DNA of 64,000 nt from the human T2T-CHM13v2.0 reference genome, Homo sapiens, in assembly GCF_009914755.1 (NCBI RefSeq), contig NC_060942.1. One strand, written 5' to 3'. Below the pieces are notes generated by a model, which was given only the letters and a program-made list of their open reading frames with translations, had not been told where the DNA came from and ran no database searches. Position 1 is the first letter of the stretch. Every line of letters begins with the position of its first letter. Below, piece by piece: positions 1 to 18,634 of the stretch. The position numbers and the translations under genes are program-made.

Positions 1-1233
1 CATGAGATTGTCGTTGGGACTAAATAAGATAATGCCTCTAAATGCACAGCACCTAGAAGAGGTTGTCATTATCATTTTTATCATTTAATATTTCCATTTT
101 TCTCTGAGGCTATGGCTACACTCACAAACTGGCTTGTCAGATTCTATTTTTAAAAAGATTGCATTTAGTTGATCCATTTTTCAGATATTTGTAATAGTTA
201 CAGATAACATTTTCACTTTTAGAGAGTCTTGTTGTACTGTTTGCATATTGTTTAAATGCATAGAAGTATTGTTAGGGCACTAGCCTATGCTCTTGGTGCA
301 GAAGAGCCACTGAAATGTGCTGGGGAGTTGGAAAGTCCTCAGCAATATTACTTACCTTCTTGGTAACCGAGATCTTTGAGCTTCTGAAAGGACCTTAGTT
401 CCCATAAACAATTTGACCCTGAGGCTGGGAAGTAATGTTATTCCAGGAGAATGGATGAGAGTGATCAAAGGCAGAGAGATGAGGAGGTGTAAGGTGAAGT
501 CTAAAGGTGGGGCTTGAGAAGGTGGCTTGGTATCTTAAATTTGTGACTGTCAAGGGCTAGGCTAAGCTGGAGAAATCTGATCTGCTTCAGGTCAGAGTAG
601 CCATTAGCTGATCAAGAAAACAAGCCGAGATGAAAGTGACAGTCAAGCCTTTAATCACTGAACTGCAATTGTACAAGGAAGAGGTTAACCAGAGAACACA
701 CCCATTCTCCCCAGTCCTGCTTTCCCCCACGGAGCAGCACCTGTGGAGGGTCAAGTGGACCAACATAGACAAGGGGTTGTCTCCCTGATGAGGGAGCTCT
801 GAACCAAAGCTTCCCGCAGTTTCATGGTCCCTGGGGCTGGAGAGGTGGAGAGGAAAGAGCTAAGAATGGGAAATTACTGCACACTGAGAGTGGAGAAAAG
901 TGTCTTCAAGGTTTTCTTCTGCTTCCGCCATAAAGAGAACCAGGCAGAGGTACCTCTGCTTGAAGGCCCAGACAAAGAACCTCTGAATGATGGTGCCTGG
1001 GCTGGAAATACAGATGTGCATAAGAGCATGGCCAGCCAGGGCGAATGAGTCCTTGCCTGCAACTTCCTTTGGAGGTTGCAGTGGCTGCGCACTAAGTCTG
1101 GTATGGGGAAGGCAGGTTCCCTCTATGTGATCTGCCAGGCAAAGCCTTTTTGACTGACCATGGCCAGGTCTGGAAAATCACACATGGAGTTTTAGCTAGA
1201 AGCCAGACTCCTCAATAGAAGGTAGTCCTATAG

Positions 1234-1359
<126 letters not shown>

Positions 1360-2195
1360 TAAAGCATGCGCAGTCTTTTTAAAAAGTTTTCCTGCTTCTC
1401 TTTAGTTGCAACAAAATTTTTCAAACAGGGAAGAAATGGTGGGCTTGTAGTAAAGAACAAACAGGAAGACTGAGTCTTAATCAATCACTGGTAACAAAGG
1501 GAAACTACAGCAGCTGCAAATTTCAAGGGAAGACAAGTGTGTTAAAACATTTGATTTAGAAAGTAAAGGAGAGCTAATTGGCTAGTGTAGACCTGTAAAC
1601 AACCTACAAAAAGACCTATATGCTTAATGATATAAGTTTCCAATGGGACAGCCAGGAAGATATTACTTTGTAGTTGTTCTAATTTGCATTTAGGACTAAA
1701 TGAATTGGCATACATAAAACACCTAACACATTATCTGAAACATAGTATTTGTTCAATCGATATCTGCTCCATTTTCCCAAGTAAGTTGAAGAGGGGGTAA
1801 ATATACAAAATGACCTACTCAGTGACTATATATTAGATACCTACTACTGTAAGCTTTCTTCATGATAAGGTAAGGCCATTGCCTGTAAAGAGTATTTATT
1901 CTTATTGGGGACATAGAAAATGAAATTTAACCCTATCATGATAGTATCTAAGAACCAAATAAATGCAAGAAAGTAATAGGATACCACTGTCAATGACAAC
2001 CTGTTGTTGGCATTAAGAGTTTACACATCTCTACAAAATATGCTGGACAGGCCTGATACACACCATGGGTCAGTTTTCCAAAAAAAATGTGCCAGTATCA
2101 CATTATCCAATCTTTCACATACTTTTTATAGGCACTGAATAAAAGTATCCTTATCCTCCCTAGGGGATAAAGGTGTCCAGACCTATGATGACAAG

Positions 2196-2198
<3 letters not shown>

Positions 2199-2230
<32 letters not shown>
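2199..2230. repeat. (GT)16 microsatellite
   Basis: Directly visible. Confidence 0.95.
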
Positions 2231-2233
<3 letters not shown>

Positions 2234-3728
2234 TGCATCTGGCCAGTGAACTTGCAGGGTGCAAGCTCTCACTTGTCAGTGCTCATTTTGAGATATGGCA
2301 GTACCATAAGTGGTAGGTGAGAGGACCCCAAAGCTATAAAAGTTGTCTGATTATGATTCAAGAAGGAACATTTTTAACATGTTGAACTGATGTGACTCAA
2401 AGCTGTGAGCATTTCTGGATTGAAAAGAAAAGCAGAATGATGAGAAAACAGTCCTATTTTGGTTTATGTGGCATAGATGCTGGCAAGGAAGGAAATGTCA
2501 CTTGAGCTATCAAGGAGTCGGGTCCTCATTAGGAGTGTGAAGACAACATCTGACTGTATTGTGGATTTTCTGGGGGAAGAAAGTAAACACCTCTTTCTTA
2601 AAGAAGAAGAATCATGTAGCACAGCTGGGAAGACACTTCAAAAGTGACCATTGAGAAACATATCAATCCAAACCCTGAGAGTTCAGGAAGGAATTGGTGC
2701 TTGGCTGCTGTCTTTAGCAATCACGTTTTAAGGATCTCCTTGTGCCAGACATTGAAAATCATTTCAAAGGCTTACCAAGGAGACAAGTATTATTCTCTAA
2801 CCCACCAGAGGCTAACAAATGAGATGAGGCAGGGACTAGTTGCCCCTTTGTTTCTGAACTGTTCACAGTAGCTTCCATATTAGTTTAATCAAAGGATGTA
2901 AACTTGGCAAACTCAGAGTGCTCTCTGGGAAGAAGAATAATTTGCTGGCAGATTATGTGGTTTAAGAAGCTGCAAGGAAACTTAATGCTGCTGAACGCTT
3001 GGAAACTATCATCAGGATTCAGGCTCTACCTCTGAGATTATCATGGAGTATTAACGACATAATGTTTGTATACAAAACAGGGTCACTCAACTGAAGTGAA
3101 GGGTTAAGAACAACAGATCTGACTCCCAGATTCAGCTGATTCCTCTGAAGAAATGGAAACATAAAAGTCTTCTCTTTCTTTTTATTAAATATTTTATAAA
3201 CTCAACACACAAATCTTCTCGTTAGCCAAAAAAGCAAGCTTATGAACTGTCCTCAGAATTTAACTTGACAAATGCAATGCCCTAAAATTCTAAGCAATCA
3301 TCAAAAGCAGCAGATAGGTTCCCAGATGATTATGAAAAATATGAGTTTGCTTCTGCATAATATACACAGTTTTGTATCATTAGATATCAGGCTATTATAC
3401 TGCAGCAGATGTAACCAGATGTGACGGATTTTTCAATTCACTTTCTCTTGTCACACTGAGTTTTTTTCTTTCCACCATGGAAAACTGAATGTTCTTCACT
3501 GGAAGTTTGATACTTTATTATCTTAATTTCATTTTATAAATCTGAAAAATATTTCCCTTTAAAATAGGGATCACCTACAGAAGGGATGATGCTCCACTTC
3601 CAGTATGTTATTGCATGGACTTACAGTTAAAAACCAGTGATGGGGTTCCTTTTACCAAGTAGCTCCATGCAATCCTCAGGATAATTTTATAGGATTTGAA
3701 CCAAGTGTCCTAGTACAGATATGTTTTG

Positions 3729-4050
3729 GTGATCTATTGTTATGGAACATACCACCTTAAAACTTAGTGGCTTAAAACAATAACTTATTATCACTTGTGA
3801 TTTTGTGTGTTGACTGGGTTCAGCTGTGTGGTTCTTCTGCTTTATGTGACATAAGCAAAGTCTATATCTAGGGATTTGACTTGACTGAAGAATACAAGAT
3901 GACTTACTTGCATTGTTGGCAGCTGATGTTGGCTTTGTCGGGAACTCATTTGGGACTGTTCACTTATGTGCCTCTTATCTCCACGTGGCCTCTCCTTGAG
4001 GCTTGGACTTCTCACAATATGGCAGCTGGATTTCAAGAGGGAGTGCACCA
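3729..4050 (-). mobile_element. Old MaLR LTR (MLT1 family)
   Basis: aaaacttagtggcttaaaacaa...gactgggttcagctg...cttctcacaatatggcagctgg, typical of MLT1; boundaries approximate. Confidence 0.7.
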
Positions 4051-4640
4051 AGTGGAATGGGATTACACAAAGCTATGGTTCATTGGGGTCCCTTTGTAGA
4101 GGCTAGAAGTCACAATTTGGAATCTGGTTTACATATTCCTAATTTATCTTTACCCCAGAATCACAGTGTGTGATACTGTCTATGAGATACCCAAATTTAG
4201 ATTGCCTATACTATATTAAGTCATTCATCCTGCCTTTAGGGGATAAAAGCAATATATCCTATCATTTTAAATGATTAAACATTTTAATATTCTCAATCTA
4301 AATGTGAATTAGCATCAGTGGTGGCTTAGTTACTTGTGATCTTTAAATTTTCTCACTTCTGTCTGAACCTCAGTTTCATGAGAAAATGTAATTAGAGTCA
4401 TATATTTGGATGCCAGAAATACCATCTTACTATAGTCCATGCTAGAAGAAATCTAAGAATTCACCTAATTCACCCCCTATATTTTTGCAGAAAAGAAGCT
4501 GAAACCTGTGAAGTTATGATTTGTTCAAATCTTCCTTCCCCATTTCAATCAGAGCTGCTTCTCTGTCATCTGCTTTATATATTGTGACTCAGGTATAATT
4601 TTATTTGGAATCTAAGTCCGATAAAATAAAGTTTGAGAAA

Positions 4641-4862
4641 GAAGCAGCATAGTTAGTGGTTAAAAGCACAGACTATGAAGACAGACTACCTTAGGCTGTG
4701 TTCTGTATGCTCTGTGCCTCAGTTTACTCATTTGTTATGTGTGGAAAAGTAACATCACCTGCCCTACAGAGTTTTTATGTGTATCCATGAGCTTATGTTG
4801 GTAATGTACTTGGAACTGTTTCTAGCATATGAATAGAATTATGTAAGCACTGGTGAAATAAA
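4641..4862 (+). mobile_element. MIR SINE
   Basis: gcagcatagttagtggttaaaagcacagact...ctctgtgcctcagtttactcatttg core. Confidence 0.8.
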
Positions 4863-7559
4863 TACATTTCCTTGAAGTAATGAGAGATGCAGAAAAACAT
4901 CAGATATGTCGGTTTACAGTTCAAATTCAGGCCCTAGGAGTATAATGTTTCTCCTTTCGATGGTATATTTTTAGGCATGGAGTCAGTCTCCTTAAGCAAG
5001 TCTAATACAGATATCTAATATAGATTTAATAGCAAAAGATTTAACAGTAATCCTTGTGTATCAGTTAGAATACCTTAGACTGGAAAGAACAAAAATCTCA
5101 ACAGTCTTAAGCAATAAGGAGTATCTTATTTTCTATCTCTATGCAAACGTCAAGGTCACAGTCATACCTTGAGTTTTACTTGTCAGGCTTTCGTAGTTTA
5201 GTTTATATTTTCTTCATCCTGACTCCCTGGCTACCTCAGGTTGTAAGCCTCTCAGAGTGACTCCAGGAGTTGGCTGAGCATTTTGGATACCTTCACAGGT
5301 CTGCCTGGGTGTCAGCTGTCATGCTTTCTCAGGTTCCTACCTAACACCATGTCTGCTACTCAGAGCACACTTACGGTATTGAATAGTTCTCCCTGAGACT
5401 TGCAATCATCATGACGTTTACCCAGGGATGAAAGCATAGGTCCCCTCATTTCTCAGATTTCTCCTTAACCTTTTGGATTTCTGTTACTGGCCACTACTGT
5501 TCTTAGAATCAGTCAGGAGGCCAGGCTTTAGCACCCTTCTTTGAGATTCATTAAAATCTAATCTATTTATATTTCAGCTGAGGCAAATTTTATTCTCAAG
5601 CAGGGGTTTCCTGGCTATTTACTCACTTTCTTTCAAATGTAATATTTATAGCCCTAACTATTAACTGGCTTCCTAGGATTTCATCTTTTACATATTAAAA
5701 TATTCAGCTATCTTGTGTGTATGTGGGAGGAGGTTGTCAGAACATCACTACTTGGATCTGAGAAAGGGTCAGGCAACAAGGAAATGCAATGATAAATATC
5801 TCAGCTCATATTTCTTTATTTTATCTGGACTAATGCAGTCACTTAGTGAAGAAAAAAAAAACAGGTGAATTAAAAGTAAAAATATATATATTTAAATAAA
5901 CCAGTACAACACCATAGACAATGTTGCCTCATGGGCATTTATTATTAACTCAAATATTTATGCAGAACTGCTATGAGAATTCAGAATGTATTTCAAGGCC
6001 AAGTTGGTCAAGAACAGTTTCCCAAAGCAGGATTTTTATATAGGTCATGAATAATGACTATAAGTTGCATGGGAATGGAGAGTAGAATTGCATGGTATGT
6101 TTTTAGTAGTAGAATAGCCGAATTAGTTACATAAAGCCTGAGTATTATAAAGTGCGTTTGAACAGTAGCAGATGGAACAGTTGCCTGGAGTTGGGAATTC
6201 ATGGAAATAAGTCCAAGCTAGGGCTCTAAATGCAGTTAGAAAAGAAGATGAACTTTAGTATAGCCTATAAATGATGGTTGGGTTTCATATAAGGTGGTGG
6301 GAACCAAGGAACTTGAGTGTTCTAAGTAAAGGAAACATTGGAGATCTAGTCAAAGAAATGGGAGCATCTGGGAAGACTCAGAGAATAGAGCATTACACTT
6401 CTACTGAAGTAAAGGCTACATGGCAGAGTATCATGAGCCATGAAACTATACACACAGTTTGGACTTGGAAGAGGACAACCTTAGATTACTTAAAAATTGG
6501 ACATTGTCATATGTTATTTTTAAGAATGAAACCTAGAAGTGGCTTTTTCTTCTGCCCACATTCAATTGGCCAAAATACGGTGAGATTCTTCTTGATCCTA
6601 AGTCTAAGGAAGCTGAGAAATATGACCCCCTTGAGTGTCCAGAAAGAAGACACCGTGTGGTGAGTAATATTGTTTAGACATCCCATAAAATGTTGTATTT
6701 AAAATTTGGTGCAAAGGTGGCTATTTCCAGGAAAATTATATGTGCTTATAAATAGTGAAGATTATTTTTACAAACCGACATTAAACTCCTCTACTTTCAT
6801 AGCTTACTCTTACGAATAGGAAAGAGCATAGGAGAGTCTCTAGCACAATACAGGCTTTGACAATTAAAGAGAAAAATAATGTCATGGTTGCTAATACTTT
6901 GTTTATTTGTTTGTTTAGAGTGTAGCAGGAGTCACATAAAGATGTAGATTGATTTAATGTAGCTATTAAACGTATTAAATACATTTTTATAGATGTTAAT
7001 TTTTAAAATTCTTACTGTTTGAAGTTAACCATTTGCCAAATGATTTAATGCACACTCTTGAGTGTGGGCTCTTGAGACCACTCTTGCTTGGAAACTAGTC
7101 TATTTGGTTTGGTTACCCTTAGAAGTTGAAGCTTCCTTTAAAGTCTATTGAACTTCAGAAAATTCTTTTTATTTTCAACAGAGCCACAGAATTCTTTTCC
7201 TGTCTTTAGCCCTAAGTCTAAGTGCTTTAATATCCGTGTGGACATCCCATCCAATACTCTAGTTTCATAATTTCTTGACTTTCTCAAGTCCCATGACCTT
7301 TCAGCCATACATGTCAACCCATTAACTGCTCCATGTCTGATCTCTTTGAATCCCTTGGTTTAGCAGAATGTCAGGAATGTTCAGGAATAGATGCTCAATA
7401 AATGTTTACTGGATTAATAAATGGGTTAATGTTGGGTGTTCCATAAATACAGAATAAATATATATGAACTGTTTGTTGACTAACAGCCATCCTGCTCTTG
7501 TCTTTCCTAACAGCAGCTCTATTTTGATCATTTATCTATCTCTTCCCCCATCTCTTTAT

Positions 7560-8065
7560 GTATATGTTGGAAGATGGTGACCCGACCTGAACATTCAGAG
7601 ATGGGCCCAGATTAATTTATGACAATTCTGGAAATCCTAAACCTTTGTCAGTGATTACCCCCAGAATGGTCCTGTGGGCATACTGTGGCCAATGAGACTT
7701 AAGGAAAGGATTACTAGAGGGTCCTAGGAAAGTTCTTCCCCATTTTTAGAGGGTAGCAATGGAAAACCACTTTCACTCTCTCCCACTGGAAGTGATCAAG
7801 AACACATCTTGTCCTTCTTCCCAACTGGTAGTAGCTAATTTGTGATCATGAAGAAGGCCAGATTGAGGACAATCCTTCTCCATAGGAGATAACCAAGCCT
7901 GGAAAATAGCGAAGAACGAAAGCCAGAGCTGGCTCCTGTCATGTGTGACATTCCCCTGCCACACCTCTGCAATTCCAGTTCATTCAGCCAATTAAACACT
8001 TTGTTTTTTAATGCCAGTTTCAATAAAGTTGCTAATATGTAATATCAAAAGCACCATCCTGATAC
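7560..8065 (+). mobile_element. Ancient ERVL/MaLR-type LTR remnant (LTR16/LTR33/MLT1J-like)
   Basis: tgtggccaatgagact..., end ...aaaagcaccatcctgataca; subfamily and bounds uncertain. Confidence 0.45.
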
Positions 8066-9899
8066 AAAATCTCTAGCCAGAGAAATTGGATGATGGCTTT
8101 AAAATAAGAAAGTAAAATCATCTATTCCCTTATTATCCCCCAAGGATTGACAATATTCTTTCTCGTCAGTACATAAACACAAAAATTGTTTTAAATGCAA
8201 ATATCTAAATAATTCAATTACATTGGCAACTATGTATTTTAGGGGGAATTTTTGTTTGGCATTTAAGAACAAATAATATATTTGCCTGAAAGGTCCAATT
8301 TTACCTTATGTGGATGGAAAATCAGGATGACTGCTCTGGTTCTGTTTGGCACCTTCTAGAGTTAGTCTGTATTCCTTTCACATGAAAAGTGTCAGCATAG
8401 AAATTTTACTGCTTTCCTGCTGAGTTTAACTTGCTTTAGGACAGCTGGATCAGGCTAGGCATGAACGTGTAATGTGGATTCCCATAGTTTTTAATGAGCT
8501 TTAGGAATTTACACAGTTTGCAGAGTTGGTTCACTACATTGTCAATTTTGTTACATCATTTAGTAAAAGTATGTGTTTTTTTTATTTGAACAAACAAATA
8601 TTATAGCTATCTTCTAGCAAACAAAAATAAATTGCCAATGTATGTGTTGTACCCCAAAGTGACCTAGGTGGGTACCATTCTAAGAGAAGTCTCAGGCTAA
8701 ATATTGATGGAAGAGGTTCCATCTAGTCACGTGTTTTTGACATTTTTACAATTAGGGTTTTATGACAGATCAAGGGCTATGTCTACGACCTCGGGGTAGT
8801 AGAAGTCTATTTCATGAAAAAAATAGGGATTAAAACATATGTGTAAAATTGATGAAGATAAAGTAGATATTATTGCCCTGGAAATGTGGGGTAGAATTAA
8901 TTACTCATTTGTTGTACCAAATTTGATTCTGAACTGCCTACCATCTAAGACAAAAATAAACAGTGAATTACATACTTTTCCTTGTCTATGGAATAATAGG
9001 AGGCGTAACAGTAGAAAGAAATGTGTTCCCTAAGAACCACATTTTAAAAAACAATATTATATTGTTAGATTTCTTTCTTGGAAAATTTTAGCCAAAATGC
9101 AACCATGTGGTTGTATATAGTCAGCACTTATTTCAACCTTCAATAAAAGTTAATGGCATCATGATTAATTGTAAATCTCTGAAGACATTTATAAGGAAGC
9201 TAATGTAATGCCTTCCAGGTATGTTGCTCTCTTATAATCAGATTTTTACAGGCATAAAATCAAGTTGGATTTTTAATCACAGAATACTCTGCTCAAATTT
9301 AATTGGATTTTGGATAGGAGTGAAGACAGAATTTGAAAATAAGGCTCTTCGTGAAGATCTGAAGTTCAGATACTCTATGATGTTGAAAAGACATTAATAC
9401 ATCTTAAAAATCAGACTCTTGATGCAATTCTGCCCTTAAGAGAGAACTGTTCCGTTTTTTTAAAATGGGGTGGAGTTGAATTTCCCTCAAGAAGTAGCTT
9501 TAAGACATACTGATGATCAGGTTAAGTGGCTTCTATTACTATAATTTCTTAAAGGTGAAATATTCACTATATAGATTCTGTACTCCACACGGGAAATTAT
9601 AAAGTTTTACCATGAAAGCTTCCATTTCAGATTAAAAACTAATTTAAAAAAATGAGAGATTTTAGTTTATTTCAGTTTTCTTTTTTAATCAAGATAAATG
9701 ACTGCACTCTGAATTGTTGTGCTTGGGGTTGCAGCTCTACTGTAGTTTCACTCTAGGACAAGTGACTTGGCAATCAGCTGTCTCTAAGGAATCTGACTTT
9801 CTTTACTATACCTAGGGTCCCTCTGCCTTGTTTCACTCTGATCTGGTGTCTGCCCAGCTCCCAGACCTACAGGCAATATCTGCCCCTAGTCTCCTCCCC

Positions 9900-10700
9900 T
9901 TTCTTCCACAGGCTTCTGGAAGATACATCCTTCCTAGTGTCCTTCCTCTCCTACAGATTTCTCAGGGGTCTCACTCTGATTGTCTTTCCTCTCTTATATC
10001 TTTAACTGCCCACTCAGTGGCTTTTTTCTCATTTTCACTGGACTGTAATCAACTGTCTACCATATTAACAAAAAGTTGCTTTAACTGCTTACTCTCTGTT
10101 CTTTCCTTCATAGCAATATTTTTGAAAATGTTACCCATGTTCAGGATCTCCACTTCCGTTATCTCCCTTGATTCCTGAAACCCTACTATCTGGCTTCTGC
10201 TGCATCATTTTCCTAAACCTGTTCTCATCGAGGTCATCCGTGACCTCTATGCTGTTCTTTCCGAACAGATGAGCCTTGTTGTGCATGGTTTACCATTCCC
10301 TTTTCCTGGAATGAGTTTCTATATTTGGCTTCTTGTCCTTCTCTCCATCTGTCTTGCATCACCTTTGTGGCCTCCCTTTCTCTTATAGTTCCCTTAAATG
10401 GAGACTCCTTCGTCTCTTACACCATCATCTCTAGTCTTATTCCCTGATCTGATTATTAGAATCTATCATCGGCTCCCCCCAACCCCTGCTTTCTGACAGA
10501 TGTTGTTAAAGCACCTCTGTGATTCTGTCTGTTCACCGCTTAAAAATTCACCATGATTTCCTAATGCTTACAAACAGCCTCATCTTATCCTGGCAAGGTA
10601 ACATTTTCCATAATCTTGTTTTCCTACTGTACAATATCTGTCTTTTGTTTTGAACGTACCTTCTTACCTATTCCACATTGGACTCCGCTCACTTTTGTAT
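9900..10700 (+). mobile_element. L2 LINE remnant
   Basis: Pyrimidine-rich, tctggcttctgctgcatcattttcctaaacctgttctcatcgaggtcatccgtgacctc L2-like; approximate. Confidence 0.55.
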
Positions 10701-12577
10701 TTCTTTATCTTTAAATTAGAATTAAGCCATTTAAATGGAAATGAGCATTGTGTTATGTCCTATGGATATAACTAACAATAACACAAATATGATTTGTGCA
10801 TTTATATGCTAAATAATCAAGAACTTGTCAAATCATACCTGTAACTCAAACCTCAGCTCAAATGGAGTCTTCTTACATTTATCTAATTCTAATCTTTTCA
10901 TTTAGAATAAGTATGGATTCTCTTTGAAATCACATACTCTTTTTTGGGTTTTTTAAAAAGTTACATACAGCACTATCAAATTGCGTGTGTGAGTGTGTGT
11001 GTGCATGCAAGTAGACACTGTACCACATAGGTATAGGAATGGCCAATAATAAGAAGAATAGATGCTGAATATCATTAGTGGTTAGAGAAATGTGCTCATT
11101 GATGAAGCACCATATCCCACCATCATTCATGACTTGTCATCTTCAGTATATTGAATTAGGTGAATAAATGCATCCTCCCATGTTTTCACTTCCGTATATT
11201 GTCCTTACCCCTGGATATCACAAAACACTGACTATTTCCAGGGTGTTGCCACTACCTTTTTCTGCTGAGGTCTCTTCATTTCACCCCACTGGGCTGGATC
11301 TAGAATAATCCCAGGAAGATGTTCTCTGGCATGGTCTGATCCTCCACAATATGTATGTATCCATGTATGTTTCCTATATTTTTAACATAAAATCAATCAA
11401 GATAGGATCTAAGAAAATTTTGTCAGATTTAAGTCAAATGATTTTGTCTAATAAAAACATCAATTACGCTGCTTCACACTCTTATACTCTGTATTTGACC
11501 TTCATTTGTTGCAAGAAACCCCTTGAAATACTATGTCATTTAGGTGTTTATGTATTTTGCATGTGCTCATTTACATACTGCATAGGATTTTAGACGATCT
11601 ACAATACAGAGACAGAATAAAATAGAAATAAAGTATTACACCACAATAAAAATAGAGTTAAGAAAAAGAATGACCCCAAAGAAAGACTGAGACTTAATCA
11701 CTCTGGGGGTTTAGGTGGTTCATGTGACAGTATGTTGACAGAAAAATAGTTGTCAAATTGGGTTTCATAAAAATATCTTAAATTTAATACTTATTACCAA
11801 AACAACACATTTATTTTCAAACCCCAAAAGGCAATTTAAGAATTTCTAGTTAGTGCAATCTAAAGAAGATTCAAACATTCCATGAGAAATAATGAAATTG
11901 TGCTAGACCAAGCAATAGCAACAATGAGGTGTGAACCATCACCAAGCATCTTTCTTGTTACTACTCTATGCTCAGAACTAGGAGAAGGGCTGTTCAAGAT
12001 TAAGGGAGAAGTGGAAGGCACTGAGTTCAAGATGTTGACTTGTCTATCTGGAGAGCGGAGCACATAAAAGACCCAATTATTGATCAAAACAGAACAGACT
12101 AAAGCCCTAAGTTGGGTTAAATGAGCAATTTGGAAAAAAATGTTTATTTTCAAAACAATTTATGGAGATAGTTTGCATTTGTATAATATATTTTGACTGC
12201 ATCCAATGCTGTAATTTTGCTTTAACAAAATAAGTTTAGAAAACTAAAGGATAGAATTATAACATGCTTCTCCAAAGTCACATAGCTAATGATATAATAG
12301 GATTAGCACTTATATTTCCTGACTCCTGATAAATTACTCATTTTATTCATGTACCATTTTCGTATTAATCAAAAATATCATTGTATGTCAGAATATAACA
12401 TATAGATACATAAATAAATATGAAAAAAATGAGCTTAATTCAACCACAGATGTAAATGATCCAAACCGAGACAGTCAGTAGGATCCGGAATATTTTGAAA
12501 ATCTAACAACACAGCACTCTTTCTTTTATATATTTCTTTGTGTTGTTGAAGTTTCCGTCCACCCCCTCTTCCTATAC

Positions 12578-12790
12578 TAATGGTGAATATTTATTAAAAG
12601 CTTATTTTATGCCAACCATGATTTTAAGCATTTCATAAGTATTATTTTACTTAATACTGAAAAATCCCTATGGGGTAGAAGTTGTTATTATCTCCATTTT
12701 GCAGATGAGGAACAGGATAGGACATGATTAAATAACTTGTCCAAGGCCACTCAAGTATTAAATATTAGAATCACAGCTTCAATTAAAGGT
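12578..12790 (-). mobile_element. MIR SINE
   Basis: ttattatctccattttgcagatgaggaac...aaataacttgtccaaggccac. Confidence 0.8.
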
Positions 12791-13650
12791 GATTCTGAAT
12801 GTCCTCTTAGGTTGAAAATGTCTAACTCTAAAACAAGTGGCGTACCGCCTCAAATAATGTATAGACCAGTTTGGTCTCATTATAACAATACTCTTTATTA
12901 ATATTGCCCTTCTCTAAGCAGTTGAAAATACTCTGAAAAAAAATCACTAATTAACTATTCTGTCAATTATGTCATATTGTTTCTATTTTTAAATGGAAAA
13001 CAACATGAGCTTTCTCAAAGCCAGCTTGGTAGCAGTTTCAGGAAGAAAATGTGGATCAAATTTCTTAGACTAAGACACCTCTCATACAGACTTAAGGAGT
13101 TAGATTGAAACTAATTATAAATCCATGACATTTTTATTTACCTTAGTATAAGAAATCATCCCTTCCTCCACTCCCAGCCATGCATGCTATTCTACATGAC
13201 TAATGAGTTAATTTGAGAACTGATGCTTCATCTGGAACAGGTGATGAAGGGTATATAGGAATCAGTGTTAGATGGCAGGTGTCTAAACAATGCCTGATTA
13301 AATGAAGTGTGTTTTCCCTCCAATGTATTAGCATAAAGTGTCATATAGCCTCAGAAGTCAAAAACATCAGGAGAGTTGTAAAAGCTAATGAGCCAAGGGA
13401 TGTTTCCAGGGTTCTGCCATTGTAAAAAAGAATGATTATTTAATGTGTGTGGGGACAACCATATTTATTTTTGTATCAAGCAAATATCCTCACTCTTAGC
13501 GTAAATAAAAAGTCATCTGAGCAACAGGGCTCCAAGCTGCCATGGTTCTTTGCTCTGAAATGATAACTTTTTCCTGGAAAGGTAGGGAATCCACTCAGCA
13601 CACTTGAAAGAAGATAATGGGTTTCAGATTCGCCTATTACTAAAGTGGTC

Positions 13651-13776
13651 ATGAATACCTGGGTGGGGTCTGCCTCTGGGATGGTATCAACCCCAATTTG
13701 TACTGGACTTCTTTAGCTAGTTTTCTTCAGAAAGGTAGATCCCAGAGCTATCAGCACCCAGAGCTATCAGCACCTG
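13651..13776 (+). repeat. Copy 1 of a ~110-bp local direct repeat, containing a 16-bp tandem duplication (cccagagctatcagca x2, 13741-13772)
   Basis: Aligns with 21128-21237, 5 mismatches by eye. Confidence 0.95.
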
Positions 13777-14030
13777 AATCACCATTAAAATGCAAATTCA
13801 GGGCCCACTTCAGTCCCATTGAATCCCTCTTTCAAAGTATAAAGATGAAATCTACATTCCTGGGAATACTTGTCCTTCTTCCCTATTCCTAACTGGTTCT
13901 TAATCAGGGGTGTGACACTCTATAAAAATATACATGCCAAGCCCATCACACCCAGTTCTATTCCCATGCAGGATCCTAGGGAAAGTTTATTAGCAGGTGC
14001 ATTTAAAATAATTCTCTAGTGATTATTCTG
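13720..14030. mobile_element. MER5-type hAT-Charlie remnants
   Basis: aaaatgcaaattcagggccc...gaatc; ctggttcttaatcagggg...ctagtgattattctg. Confidence 0.45.
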
Positions 14031-14752
14031 AATGTCCCCTTTCGTTCAGAATTGTCCTGGATCTTATTAAACAAGTGGTCTTAAACCTCACTCAGGGTGA
14101 GATGGAATCATGCGTAGGTATAAGCATTATTTGTGAGATTATTAATGCTGTGCATCCATCAGCAATATTTCTATGAAACATAGTAATATTGTTGCAATAA
14201 GAGAAAGCATATAACATATCCTAATTTAACACACCTTAGGGACTACATATAGGACAGGCATTTCCCCCTAAATTGGAAGACTTTAGAGCCCTGCCCTATT
14301 CTAGTCTAGCCCAGTTGTTCAGGTAACTGCAGGTTGACCCACTCCTCTATTGGAAACAATGAGTCAGCTATTATGTCCACGTCTGAAAGTGCTTTCCTGT
14401 TGACACCCAAGATATTCCCAGGGATCAGCTGGGAAGCATTCACTTCTAGCTTCCTGGGTATTCCTATCAGAATCCCAGGCCTTTCGGGCCCTTCTGTCCA
14501 CTTGTCTTGGATATGTGGGGAGGTTTTTTGTTTTTTTTTCTATTATTATTATACTTTAAGTTTTAGGGTACATGTGCACAACATGCAGGTTTGTTACATA
14601 TGTATACATGTACCATGTTGGTGTGCTGCACCCATTAACTCTTCATTTAACATTAGGTATATCTCCTAATGCTATCCCTCCCCCCTCCCCCCACCCCACA
14701 ACAGGCCATGGTGTGTGATGTTCCCCTTCCTGTGTCCATGTGTCCTCATTGT

Positions 14753-18571
<3,819 letters not shown>

Positions 18572-18634
18572 TATGATGTTAGCTGGTTATTTTGCTCATT
18601 AGTTGATGCCGTTTCTTCCTAACCTCGATGGTCT

